Shown here piece after piece: positions 15,701 to 28,208 of a stretch of DNA of 64,000 nucleotides. The DNA comes from Paragordius varius. Lineage: Eukaryota; Animalia; Nematomorpha. The position numbers and the translations under genes were made by a program. The notes under the pieces were generated by a model that made no database searches, had not been told where the DNA came from, and worked only from the letters and a program-made list of their open reading frames with translations. The stretch spans positions 9,486,001 through 9,550,000 of the forward strand of contig OZ176052.1 of the NCBI GenBank assembly GCA_964247055.1, read 5' to 3'. Position 1 is the first letter of the stretch. Every line of letters begins with the position of its first letter.

Positions 15701-16841
15701 ATTTTTAAACGCGCATTCGCGTTACAGACATGATCGTATGTGACCAACCCAAATTTTTTTAAGATATTCCCTAATGAATGGAGTGTTATTTAAAATAAAA
15801 ATTTTTAAAATACGAAATATACTGACGTTATATATATATATATATATATATTTTGAAAAGAATTATGACAGCGCTGTAAAAAAAATTTTGATTCAAAAAA
15901 ATCCTCTGTTTTATTGCTTTTATAGAGTTAAACTTAATACATGAAGGCTCTAACATTTTATCAGAAGTAACAGCAATGATGGAAAAACTGTTTAATGTTG
16001 GGTATGGACTCCTTTATAACGCACCACTATAATTTTTTAAAACTCTACCATATATAAAATAATGATAAAATATGAGACACGGTAAAATTCACCATATTTT
16101 GATAAATAATCCCAAAATATGCAAATCTATACATTATATTATTATTTACACACCATATGAACATATGTGTATTAACTTTACACAGCCAGTTTAAGCCTAC
16201 TTTTATTTCCATTTAACAATAGTTATTGTATAAAACATACCACATATAACAAACAGTAGTGGGAAAATAATATTTATACAACAGTTTTTTTTTCATTTTA
16301 CTCATATAAACTAATAAACTATTGTAATAATGTAAATAATGAATATAAATTACACAACTGTAAAACGAAGAAAAACTCCAAATGCATCATAGCATTATGT
16401 AAACACACATGATGAGGGTATGACTATGCAAAAATTATCAAAACGCGCGAGCATAAATAATTTAATTTACAAAGTCGTTGGTTTATATATTAGCGAACAA
16501 AAATTACATTAACATATTACATACAATATTAAATGGTCATATCATCAAATAAGCCAGCCAGGCTTAAAAAAGCATATGATTTCTTTCATAATACACATAA
16601 GCGTTATATAAAATGATTAATGTTAAACTGTGCCAAGTGTCCCGTGATTTATGTATATATATATTATATATATACATAGATTAGCGATTTTATATTATAA
16701 AACTTAAATTTTTGCAACTAGATTATAATTTGGTATATTCTATTATTATACGCTAAAAATTTTACATAATGTTTAATGTATGTTAAAAACGAAAATAAAA
16801 TAGAAATGGACCGAGGTTATAACGCAAATTACACACACATA

Positions 16842-16874
<33 letters not shown>

Positions 16875-17319
16875 TAACATACATTTAAAAAACTCCTAAT
16901 TGTTATTTTATGTATGCAATTATAATATTTAACATTGTGACATATATATTATCTTTCATTGATCTTGTTTAAAATGCCAATTTTAGATTAAATAGCGGCA
17001 TACTATATATATATATATATATATATATTTGAATTCTATGATAAAAGTATATATTCGAATAGACCTAAAATAATCCCATCAAACCTATATTACAATAAAA
17101 AAATAGTTGAAACAATTTATTTCTACAAAAAATAAAAGATTACTTTAACAATTGAAAAAAAAAATATGTAGAGCCAGCCACCTATGTGTGAATATATATA
17201 CTATCTTTTTATACAATATAATATATAGATATATTGTTAAATACTGTGTGAGCATATTTTTATTTTTGATAAAAAAAATTAAGGTAAAAAGATTCATGTC
17301 GACTACTATCATATTTTTT

Positions 17320-17354
<35 letters not shown>

Positions 17355-18029
17355 AACAAAAATAAAAATGCATCCTTTTTTGTAAAACTTTTTACCATTG
17401 TAAAATAAATATAAGGGAGTAAAGGATAGAATATTGTTTACATTTTTATTTTTTAAGTATATGAAATGAGATGTTTAAGGTGTTTTTTGGTTTATTTAGT
17501 ATGCGTATTTTATTTTATAAACTATATTATAAAAATATTTTATAAATAATCAATATTATATATTATTTTTTATTTTATATATCAAGATTAATAAAATATG
17601 TATCAGAAAGTAAATTATTGATTAGATATATAAAAATACAATAATATAATGTGTATGAGTAACAAGGTATTCAGGCAAAATACTTGGACTTTTGTGGATA
17701 GAAAAAATTTAAATTGTTACAGTAGCCTTAAGCTAAAAAAGTATTTGATGACTGGCATTATAAAAATATTATCAGATGGACAAAAATTTTTGGAAAAAGT
17801 TTTAGAAAGTGTTTATTAATTTTATTATAAACCGATAATATTATAGATTTCAATAAAAATATAACCATAAAAGATGGTAATTTTTAAAATTGTATCAAAA
17901 ATATAACCTAATGGTTTCCATGATGGAATCCGATGGAAGTTTATTATTAACAGAATCATTCCATTCAAATGTGAGATAGCCTTGTCCACAAGGGCTTTTC
18001 AATTTAAGTAACGGTTTATGATCAGCCAT
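787..18029 (-). CDS. DOT1L: Histone H3K79 methyltransferase DOT1L (grappa) with internal ARID4-like Tudor domain, coiled coil and long low-complexity regions; 24 exons, about 2558 aa
   Basis: Phase-consistent GT-AG exons (minus strand): 17908-18029, 14995-15069, 13704-13767, 12880-13017, 11924-12014, 11375-11532, 11008-11140, 10856-10924, 10491-10597, 10349-10384, 8936-9966, 8435-8704, 7742-7800, 7282-7406, 7085-7216, 6735-6797, 6562-6655, 6353-6456, 6019-6208, 5591-5932, 5284-5465, 3583-5196, 3122-3347, 787-3038 (7677 nt including stop). The translation gives LKLKSPCG...METIRWVCKEY...YGETNYEQV...FIDLGSGIGHIVLQVAA...GIEKE...MKWFGKKY...GDFL...IYVNNFAF...RIISTYPF...FSWTQNALPYYIQVIDRSLLQEYY, collinear with the DOT1L catalytic domain (YGE, DLGSG, NNFAF motifs). 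The segment LLQFKMNKLDI...VVQLQHNLK (5284-5465 and about 5050-5196) resembles the DOT1L coiled-coil region. Confidence 0.93.
6403..7198 (-). other. ARID4A/B (RBBP1)-type interdigitated double Tudor domain encoded by four DOT1L exons
   Basis: Spliced translation PYIPDGKHVLYQIDKTSNTPQLNKRAFVKKIRLNLKIKVRLKDNKFVTVNQDEIKGPIKIGSLVQISKTGEFFGLSGKVEKITDRSDYYLEFTDGKKKIVKRSTITQI. It aligns with the recalled ARID4 N-terminal Tudor (PYLTVGTDV...VKVKV...VEVQDDHIKGPLKVGAIVEV...[27 protein letters not shown]). Confidence 0.8.
6868..7049. mobile_element. Foldback/MITE-like element in a DOT1L intron
   Basis: About 45-bp imperfect inverted repeats: 6868-6913 (tagttttccagtagcgtatggcataaaacaattttagtccataaaa) and 7005-7049 (ttttatggactaacattgttttatgtcatacgctactgtaaacta). 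Confidence 0.6.
16842..16873. repeat. (TA)n microsatellite, one of many (also about 15830, 17004, 17327, 20109, 24150, 25506, 62520)
   Basis: Directly visible TA dinucleotide runs. Confidence 0.9.
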
Positions 18030-21000
18030 TAATTATCGACATTTTACCAGCATTCTACTATCATTTTTATATATTTTTCGTTAAAATCCAAAGAATGTTG
18101 TAGTGGATATAATTACATGGTGGTACAACGTTCGATTTGTGTCTGGTAGAAAAAAAATAAACAATTTTACACAATGTAACTAAAATATGCCGAACAGATG
18201 ATTAATAAAAAAATAATTTGAATTTGAAATTATAATATGTTTTAGGGAACAGGTAGTTTAATAGACTGCATGTATTTCAGTATAAAGATGTCTAAGATGT
18301 AGTTTAATATAAAGTTAATGATTTGGATGACCATGTTTAATAATATTAAATATTAGTGCATATCTAAAAAATGCAATAACCCAATGTTTAATAATATTTT
18401 ATAAATTTGGATTAAATATAACAATATTTCTGAGGATATTTTTTTAAAGTAGCAATAAAATCCAATAAAAAAATGCGACTCATTGTGTCTTCCAATTTTT
18501 GAGTTCTTTCTATATAAAAAAATGGTTTAACATTTGACCATGAAACTTAATACAAGACATTTTTACAATAAAAACTAGAGGTCCTCATATATATATCATT
18601 CCATAATTATCCTAGATAATATCAAAATAGAATAAATTTTTACAGTATTTTCTGAGAAAAAAATTTCATATCCAATATCTTTCGATGCCCTCTTTATTTT
18701 AAAATTCGAGGTGTTAATTTGAGTTAATTTTTGTGCGCTCCTTTAAATATTAAATCTCTATTTTACAATCATAAAATAAAAAAATCTAAACATTTTACAC
18801 CAAATTTTTAATATTTTCATGCAACAATGTTATGTTAATGAAGTTGCACATTCCATAAAATATTAGTTTATCAGGCAGTTGGTCCGATTTCAATTTGTAT
18901 AGAAGAACATGTCATATATGTTTTAAAGTGATAAATTATACAGCACCTCGATTTAATTTAGGGTATCCAGACCCCAGACGATTTTTAAATTGGTATCTAA
19001 TTAAATATCAAATAAACTGAATTTTATGCTTAATTTAGTTTGAAAAATAAAGTTCTCTAAACCGCCTCAAGGCCATTTTTACTTTACATATGCAAAATGT
19101 CCTGGTAATTATTAGCTAAAATTTAAGCTAATTTTTCATTTGACACCCTATTTTCTCTTGGAATAGTTTATATCTCAGAGGATTTGGAATTTGACCTAAA
19201 GTAATAAGCTGAATTGAAAATATACTTTCTAGAGCCTTTTTGAGGCATTATGAAAAACATTTTAAAAAATGCATACTTTTAACAAATATTTAATTTTTTG
19301 CCAAATTTTGTTGAAGCCTATTTCATACTATTTTTAGACAGGATAAAACGCTTTTGGAAAGTAATCATTTTTTAAATATTTATTTTCTCATTAGCATATG
19401 TTTAAGAAATTTGTCGCGCAATCCCGTCATTTTTGTGTTTATTTTAAAAAAACTAGCCCGTATTGGGTAAACGAAAAAATTGGGACTTTCCAAAGCACAC
19501 ATATAAATAATCGTTGATTTTAATAAAGAAAACACAATTATTCAACATAATCTTGAAGACGAAAGAACAATTTAATTAAAATTCTGAGGCGATGAAAATT
19601 TCAGCATCATTGAAATAAATAAATGTTTATATAATATGTTGAAGCGTTTTTATACCTTCCATTATGCCTCAAAAATATTAATACGCTTCAGCAATTTCGC
19701 TTCAATTTAATTTTTGGAAAAAGTATGCATTTAAAAATATTTTTTGTAGATAAATTTAGCATATATTTAATATTTTTATCGTTCAATCTAGGCAATTTTA
19801 TAAAAACTAGTTTATATTAGAAGAGGGAAAAAAATTAATATTTACGGGAGCCCATATTTATAGAAAGATTATAAAAATATTTTTTGCCTTTTACATGTGG
19901 TTTATGATATTTAGTCATAATTTTAATAATCAGGCTTTAGCTTTCACCAAAAAAATTATATTAAAAAAATGTGCGCTAAATCAGCCAGTTTCTGATTTAT
20001 GGCTCTACCAAATAATTCATAATAACTTTTTTAAATCACTCGTAATGGCCAAAACCAAAAACATCATGATAATCTTGATTCATTTTCCTATCAAAGGGTA
20101 TATATAGATATATATATATATATATATTAAATTATTATAATTTATGGAAACTGTATTAAGAGTCAAAGATGTTTAAAGCAAAATAACTTTGTAATGTAGT
20201 AAAACCCCAAAACAAAATAAGGAATTATTTTGTAAAAACATAAAAAGTATAAATAATTAAATGATAGAGGTGTGAGAGGCAGAATGTCTATACATGACCG
20301 CATTCCATAAAATAAATAGTGTAAGCTATAAATTTTTAACGCTGCGATTTTAATTTGGGTGTCTAGGGTCTACGGCTTATGTTAAATTGATATTTCAAAA
20401 AAATAATGAAAAAGAGGTTACAATTCATATTGCCCTTGCCCTAATAAAAATTATTTAAATAAGCCAAAATATCCAAATAAAATTTAGTTTTAAAAAAAAC
20501 TTCATATCAAAATTAGACGCCTTTTCTAGTTTACAACATTTTTGCAATATATCATGTTTATATGATTACTGAAACTATTAATTTTTATTTAAATTAACAC
20601 TTCATTACATCACTCTTTGAGCTCGGCATTTTGGGGTATTTTAAATCCCAAAGCTCAATCTTGTAAATAAACATTTTAGTTAAAAATTAATTATCAAACA
20701 TTGTTCTTTAAAGTTTTGAGTCTTCTAGAGCCTAAAATTAGGACAATAACTGATAGACATTTTATGAACACCAACTGGAATTTATGAACTATAAAAAAAT
20801 ACCAAAAGATATAAAACGCAAATACATACCACTAGACAGAGTAATTTAAAGTTAATTATTGGTTTATAAGATCGTATTAAACATGATTAATACTGTTACA
20901 GTACAATAATATGCATTCGGAATCAAATTAGAATATTTATACGTTATATTTTAGAGAATATTAGATCTATTAAAGATTAGTATAATATTTAGGACATAAT

Positions 21001-21460
21001 TGATTAGATTTATTTTACTTGTAAATGCTAAATATATCTTCATTTTAATTTATTTTATATAAACTTATCATTATATCCCTAAAAATACACCCGACCCCCA
21101 ACGCAGCTTGACGGCTGTAAATACCATTACAGGTGTATGGAAGGGCGACAATGGAGGTCTTTTGTGGACAGTGGCGACATGGGTCTGCCACACCCTTTTC
21201 TTGATACACCTTGATTAATATCAAAATGTCTCAATTTTTGATGGTTAAGTAGAGCCTGAAGCTTTTAAATAAATATTTACATTTCCTACCATATTTCGCA
21301 TTTATTTGCCTGTTGCATTAGCGATTAAAAAAATTATAGAGAAAAATGGCGGCAAAAAAGTTTGAGATAAGATTTTTTTCAAAAAGATTTTTTGTATCAT
21401 GTACTTAAAAGACAAAAGAAAGCATATTTTTATATTCGGCTTAATACCTTAAATAATTTT

Positions 21461-21690
21461 ACTGTCATGTATCCTTTATTTTATCGAAAATTTATTTTAT
21501 TTCGTTAAATGGGTATAAATATTTGGTAAAGAATGGAAAAAAAGAGCTCTATGGTAATTCTTATACTTTTTCGAAAAATATGATATTGTTAATACCATAG
21601 AGCTCTTGTTTTTTCCATTCTTTAACAAATATTTATACCCATTTAACGAAAGAAAATAAATTTTTAATAAAATAAAGGATACATGACTGT
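21461..21690. mobile_element. Foldback MITE, about 230 bp
   Basis: About 95-bp inverted arms (actgtcatgtatcctttatt...gagctctatggta and taccatagagctc...aataaaggatacatgactgt) around a short spacer. Confidence 0.75.
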
Positions 21691-22019
21691 ATACTCAAAT
21701 TTCAAATGACATTGGGGTATAATACCCCAAAAGGTAATGGAATGCCAATATAAACAGAAAAAATGGTTTATATTTCATGATTTTTATATTAAGCAAATGC
21801 ACACATTATATGTTGACTAAACTTTTGCGTTGATATCCATACAATACGCAATATTAAGCTTTTCCAATAAATCTATTTTTATATTCGGTGCCTCTTGTTT
21901 AAAAGTGCATTTTGCAATGATTTTAAATTGTTCAATATTTTTTAGATGATTGATAAATCAGGCCTGGGATCCCCAAAGAACCCAAAGTGTTAAAATACAA
22001 ATTATTTTAGTACTCAAAT

Positions 22020-22785
22020 AAATTAATTCCTAAACGCAATTGCTTTATTACTATACTAGATTCCATATGCTCTCATTAGTTTTGAAAAAATTGCCTCAAA
22101 CTGAAAAATCACTCTATGGTGGCGCATTTTCAGGGCATGAAGGGCCTAATTAACTGCTAATTTTAAAATCCGCACGACCTAAAATTTTGCCTTGTTAAGA
22201 GTAATATTTTAAGCACCTATTGAACTCATATGGTCCGATAGGTTTTCTGTAAATTAGCCCTAAAGGCTCGCTATTTTGATATGAGGAAGCAGTTTTTAGC
22301 GGGTATCAGTTTACTCAGCAGCCAATATAAAAAACCGGATAAAATTTTTGCATTACAGGGAATACTTGGAATCCTCAGTGATTTTTACGGCCTCATACCT
22401 TGGGCGAATAGATTCAAAAAATTATTTTTGTGGATCATTCTTCTAAAAATATGGCATTTTACGGGGGGAGCGGGTAAAAAGAGGGCCAATTAAAAAACAA
22501 GCCTACTTGGTTCGGCGCAATTGATAAAAAATAAAAAAAATCATATTTGAAATCGAATGGTCCGCACGTTTTCCTGAAAATTGTCTCAAGACACGATTTT
22601 TGTGGACTTACAAAAAACCGTTTTTTACGCGGGTTGCGCCCGAGCTAGGGGCCTAATTCAAAAAAGGAGGAAGCTGTTGTCTGGGCATTTTTAAAATGAT
22701 TATTTTTTTCCACATGATTTGAATGGGTATACCGGTTTTCCAGAAATAGATCACACCAGCATTTTCCATTTTTATAAATATATAG
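22020..22785 (+). mobile_element. Repeat family A, partial copy (putative non-autonomous rolling-circle-type element)
   Basis: Shares internal unit motifs (atggtggcgcattttcaggg, cctattgaactcatatgg, taaaatttttgc) and the distinct 3' block (gttcggcgcaat...aaaattgtctcaagacacgatttttgtggac...accagcattttc) with 30300-32735. Confidence 0.6.
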
Positions 22786-22880
22786 ATTATGGCATGATTT
22801 TGGTATGAATATTTATACATTCATATTCATTTATTATTACAGATGGTTTAAATATCGTATTTTCTTGATGTTTGATTTTA

Positions 22881-25800
22881 ATGAACCATTTTACAAGGAA
22901 TAAAATTGATGTATTAAAATTTTTAATTTAGTTTGCCAAATTTATGCACCATGACGAAGCAGAGATCAATAAAAAATTGCCAAAGGAATTATTGTTAAGG
23001 TTTCAGTAATTTTTTAATTAAAGAATATTTTCCTTTCTTGACGTAGTTTCGCTCTGTCGTTGTGCCCAAGTTTCAAAGGTATGTTTTAGTTTTTGTAAAA
23101 ATTTATTTGATAATAAAATATATTCTATCTGTAAATTATTTGATAAACGCTACTTTATACAAATACAGGCATGGAATATTTTGGCTTTGGATGGAAGTAA
23201 TTGGCAAAGGGTAGACCTATTTGATTTTCAAACGGATGTTGATGTATAATTTTTTATATGATTTAATTTTCTTATCATTTTTTTAAATCTTGTTATTGTT
23301 TTATATCAGTCGTATTCACCAAAAAATTTTAATCTGCCGCAAAAAATGTTTATTATTTCCCAAGGGCCGTGCACCATATAATACCAATAAAACATAGTTG
23401 TTTGACACATTTTCAGATATTCATACTCAAATTAAGTATATCAAAAATTTAAAAAATAATTCAGGGTAGCATCCGGCCCACAGGCTGCGGTTTGAGTACC
23501 ACTGATCTACATATAACCTTATTTTTATTACGTAAAATTAAATTTTTTAACCATATATAGGGCAATGTGGTGGAAAATATTTCACGGCGTTGTGGAGGCT
23601 TTCTAAAATATTTAAGTCTCCGTGGTTGTCAGAGCATCGCCGATCCTGCATTAAAGTAATTAACTAAATATACGCATTCATGTTAGTTTATAATTAATTT
23701 AAACAATGTTTAATTTATTTTGATTGTTTTCATCGATTTTAAACAAAGGATATTTATTAGCTTACAATATAAAGGTGTGTATAGAATGTCAAAACCATTT
23801 AAGTAAAGTTAAAGAAGTGAAAAGAAAACTTTAATTCGAACAATTTAGGATTTGCTTTAAGTTTTTAATTTAAAAATCTGCATTAACGTGTTGTAGAAAC
23901 AAAATGTTTTTAGATAAAAAAAATTCTCACCTCCTTATAGTCTTTCCCTCTTACATTTTTAGGGTTTTTGCAGCATCGCTAATATAATTACCAATAATGG
24001 GGTATATTTTTTGATACCAATTTAAATTAATAAATTTGAATATACCTGCAATATTTTAAAATTATAATCTCAACTTCGATTTAATTGGATTTTAAAAGAA
24101 ATGGAAGGAAAACTATATTAAATAAAATTATATTTTAACCACCCTGGACATATATATATATATATATTTTTGTGGGATATAATATACTTGTATAATAAGA
24201 TTCGTGTTAACGTCGTGAATAATGAAAGAAAATAAAAATAAAATTATTATAGACACAAATTTTAATTTGTACTTTATTTTAAGTTTTTTCTTTTAACAAC
24301 TCCTGATGATGCCATTGGGCGAAAATTTGAGTCTATAATAAATTTATTTTTATTTTCTTTCATTATTCACGACGTTAACACGAATCTTATTTAACAACCC
24401 ATCGTCTTCACTCACTCAATTTATACATATATAATGTCTAAATTTAGATAATTAAATTTTAATATATTTTTATTTTTCTAAAGGTTCTTAAATTAGTTAT
24501 ATTAAAAGTGATTCAGATTTTCCCAATATTTTAAATAATTAAAAATTAAAAAACAAATGGTATATGAGATTAATTTTTTTTTCCACCATAATATATATTT
24601 TTCAGATGGGTATTTAAATTTTTTTATCTAAAATCGTATATTGTAGTAGAGAAAATACTGTACAGTTTTTACTTTGTGTAAATTTAAACAAGACAAAAAT
24701 TTATTATATTGCACGTTCAAAAAATATATTTTTTAAATATCATCGTTTTAATATTTATAATCTAAATGTTTTATTAAATACATTATCAAATTAATTTAGA
24801 TTATCCTTTTTAAATGCGCAACACATAAGATTCATATAAATAGGCTAGCCCCTATCAATAAAATTAGTATTTTAACCTATATCATCATCAATATATTACC
24901 CATATTTAAAAATGAATTATATATTATATATATGTTTGGATTTATTAGAACATTTTCCGAACAGTGCAATAACATTGAAGAATTGATTTTGAATGGATGC
25001 AAAAAAATAACGGACGAGTAATTTTTTTTTCTTGATTGAAATTTGAATTCACAAAAATATCGAGCACATTAAACATCAAATAATTGTCTAATTATATTGT
25101 ATTATATATAATTTTATGGAATTATATAGGACGTGCAAATATCTTAGTGAACATTGCCATAAATTACGTGTTCTTGATATAGGTTCCTGCTCACAAATGA
25201 CAGATTTATCACTTAAAGCGATCAGGTTTTTTATTAATTGTTTTTGTAAAAAAGGGATGTGTTAGATATTTTGTAAATCTGAAAACCTAACCCTTTTTAT
25301 TAATATCTTTAGGGGAAGTAATTTTTAGTGATTTTAATATAAAAAAGAGTGTAGTTTCATTTTTGCTGTTTTTACCTTATAGCCATTTAATTTAAAAAAA
25401 ATTTAAGTTAAATATAGTTTGAAGATTTCTTAATTATAATGCCCAAATGATTTTTATCGCTTGTTTATATCATTAATATTTTATATCGAGCATAACATTT
25501 TAATAATATATATATATATATATATATATATTATTTGTGTTAAAATTATCATATATATTTTAAAATATTTATTATTTGCATGCAGTGATAAGTGTTTCGA
25601 TTTAACCTACATCAATATATCATGGTGTGACCAATTTACCGAAAATGGGATAGAGGCATTAGTCAATGGATGTACCAATATATCTACGTTTCTCTGTAAA
25701 GGATGTATTCAAGTACTGACAATAATATTTTTATATGGCAAACTTTATTGTTTGTGTAATTAAAACTGGCTTATAATTGACACTTTTTTGGTTCTAATAT

Positions 25801-28208
25801 ATGTCTTTTTCTTTTTATTCACATTTTTTTATATATAAAATTTCGTATTTGTTAGCTTGGCGATAATGCCATTAGTCACATTGGAAGGCATTGTCCCCAC
25901 TTACAAACCTTGAATCTTAACAATTGCGTGGTATATATTTATTTATATATAAATTTAATTGTTTAAGATCTATTTGTTGCACTAATAAAGTTTAATTTTT
26001 CTATATTGAATTTTCAATAATTATATATCTTAAACATTTTAAAGTAAATGCCTGTTCTCGTATTTTTAAAAAAATATTACCGTAAAACTAAATTATTTGA
26101 ATAAACTTCCTTTGTCAGAATATCACTGATGAATCGGTTCAATTAATATCTGAAGGATGCAAAAATTTACAGCATTTATGTCTTTCCGGGTGTGCTCACA
26201 TTACGGATACATGCCTTATTTCTTTAGGTTCACACTGTCCCCATTTAAAGTAATGTGCTATTTAAAACTTTTTACCATAATTCTCTGAAAATTAAAATTT
26301 ATAAATATTTTATTATATATACCATTTACAGTTCAAATTCACCCTTAAACAATTCAAATTCACCCTTGAACAATTCAAACTCACCCTCGAACAATTCGCC
26401 CTAAAATTAAATTATGTCTTTTTTTAAGATTAAAAATTAACTTATTTTTTTCATATTTTCAAAATATGAAATTCTGTCTAAAATTAATATATTTCTGAAA
26501 AAATAATAAACTATATCGTAAAATATTTCATATTAATATGGGTTATATTAGCTCGAAAACACTTAATTTATTTTTAGGGTGAATTTGAATTCTTAAGGGT
26601 TGAATTTTTCAAGGGTATATATGTAATTATTTGAATATATTTGATGACATTTATGGAATAGAACGCTTGAAGTCTCAAGCTGTGCATTACTTACTGATAG
26701 TGGATTTCAGCATTTATTACGCGTAAGTATTGATGATATAAATTTTGTGAAAATAAACTTATACAAGAAAAAATATTTTGATCAAACATTAATATGCTCA
26801 ACGAAATATGTTATGTTTAACAATTTATTTTTGAAAGCATACAGATACTTAGTCTATTTTTGAATCTTAAAAAACGTACTTGAAATTATGATTATCTAAG
26901 CATTATATATATTATTTTCTTTTTGACGCTTTTAGAATAGCCATGAGTTAGAAAAAATGGATATGGAAGAATGCGTTTTAGTAATTTTTTTATTATTACT
27001 TTAATTTTATGTGTATATGTTTTGAGACGATTATACAATATTATTTTCTTATATAGATTACGGATCACACCTTGCAATATATATCCATGCATTGTCCTAA
27101 AATACAAATTTTAGTATGTTTTAATTAATTTTATTTAAATATAGAGGACATTTCTACGCTTACTTATATAAATTATTCTGTTTTTTTTTCATTTAAGAAT
27201 CTTTCTCATTGTGAATTGTTAACGGATGAAGGCATCAAATATTTGATGTCAGAACCACGGATTGTAGAAAATCTCAATACACTCGAATTAGATAATTGTC
27301 CCCTTATAACGGATTCAAGTTTGGATCGATTAGTTAAATGCTCTAAACTTACGCGACTTGAGTTGTATGATTGTCAATTAGTTACACGTGCTGGCATACG
27401 TAGATTAAAGGTCATATAACATTTAATTCGATTGTTGGGTTTTGATTTCATTTCACAGTAATTTTCTAATATGGAATTTTATTCACCTATTTGGGCATAT
27501 TTATTTTGCAACATCTAATTTTGTTATATATTAATATAATTATACATAATGATATGAGTTAGATTTTACCATAATTTTCAACTGAAATTGTTAAAAAATA
27601 GATGATATATGATATAGTTATTATTTTATATTCTATTTACCAAACATGTAAAATTTAATTTTTGTAATATAATTTTTAAAAAGAGCTATTACAAATCTGT
27701 ATCATTAAGATCTTTGGTTATTTTTTAATTATTTTTGGAATACAGACTGTTTTACAACATCTATAAAAAAATCTTTAATATTAAAAAAGTCGTTCATTAA
27801 AAATAGAAACATAAAAAATTTCTAGTATTAGGGATAATTGAAAGTAATAAATTTCTTTATATTATCCCGTGAATAACATCAACAAAAATTTTATTAGTTT
27901 ACTTAGATAATTGTAAGCGTTAACTCCAAATTCATGCAAATCGTAAATAATAATAAAATATACTCAATAAAATATCTAAATAAATAATAAGGATATATGT
28001 CAAAAAGAACATAATATTGAAATTCCTCCTATTAAACTAACCATCCATTGATATGTTTGCCAATTTAATAAATATTATATCAAATATATAATATTCATAG
28101 GGTCGCCTTCCCAACATCAAAATTCATGCATATTTTGCTCCTCTCACACCACCCGTTGCTGTTCCGCCTGTCCGGCAAAGTTATTGTCGATGTTGCAACA
28201 TTATATAA
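22881..28208 (+). CDS. FBXL20: F-box/LRR-repeat protein FBXL2/FBXL20 family, about 434 aa, C-terminal CaaX (CRCCNII)
   Basis: Exons 22881-22910 (start tentative), 22932-22999, 23024-23078, 23169-23243, 23561-23655, 24949-25017, 25130-25225, 25586-25712, 25856-25930, 26119-26249, 26662-26722, 26936-26980, 27057-27113, 27198-27410, 28101-28208. Translation DEAEINKKLPKELLLRIFSFLDVVSLCRCAQVSKAWNILALDGSNWQRVDLFDFQ...ELDNCPLITD...ELYDCQLVTRAGIRRLK...IHAYFAPLTPP is near-identical to FBXL2/20. The two paralogs cannot be told apart here. Confidence 0.93.
23308..23505. mobile_element. hAT-like MITE in an FBXL intron
   Basis: Ends cagtcgtattca...ggcccacaggctgcggtttgagtaccactg, with a CAGTG-type TIR. 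A related right end (gccgcggtttgagcatcactg) is at about 38135-38156. Confidence 0.5.
24194..24391. mobile_element. MITE with long TIRs in an FBXL intron
   Basis: TIR aataagattcgtgttaacgtcgtgaataatgaaagaaaataaaaataaa and its near-perfect reverse complement at about 24340-24391. Confidence 0.8.
26320..26626. mobile_element. MITE family D with subterminal 20-bp repeats (caattcaaattcacccttaaa)
   Basis: TACCATTTACA left end with tandem aattcaccct repeats, mirrored by agggtgaattt at the right end. Related copies at 59388-59620 (complete TIRs) and about 7450-7700. Confidence 0.65.

Noticed and set aside
20294-20320. Possible alternative first FBXL exon (MTAFHKINS followed by gtaagc)
   Set aside because: Not excluded, but it has no homology support, so it is kept only as an alternative to the 22881 start.
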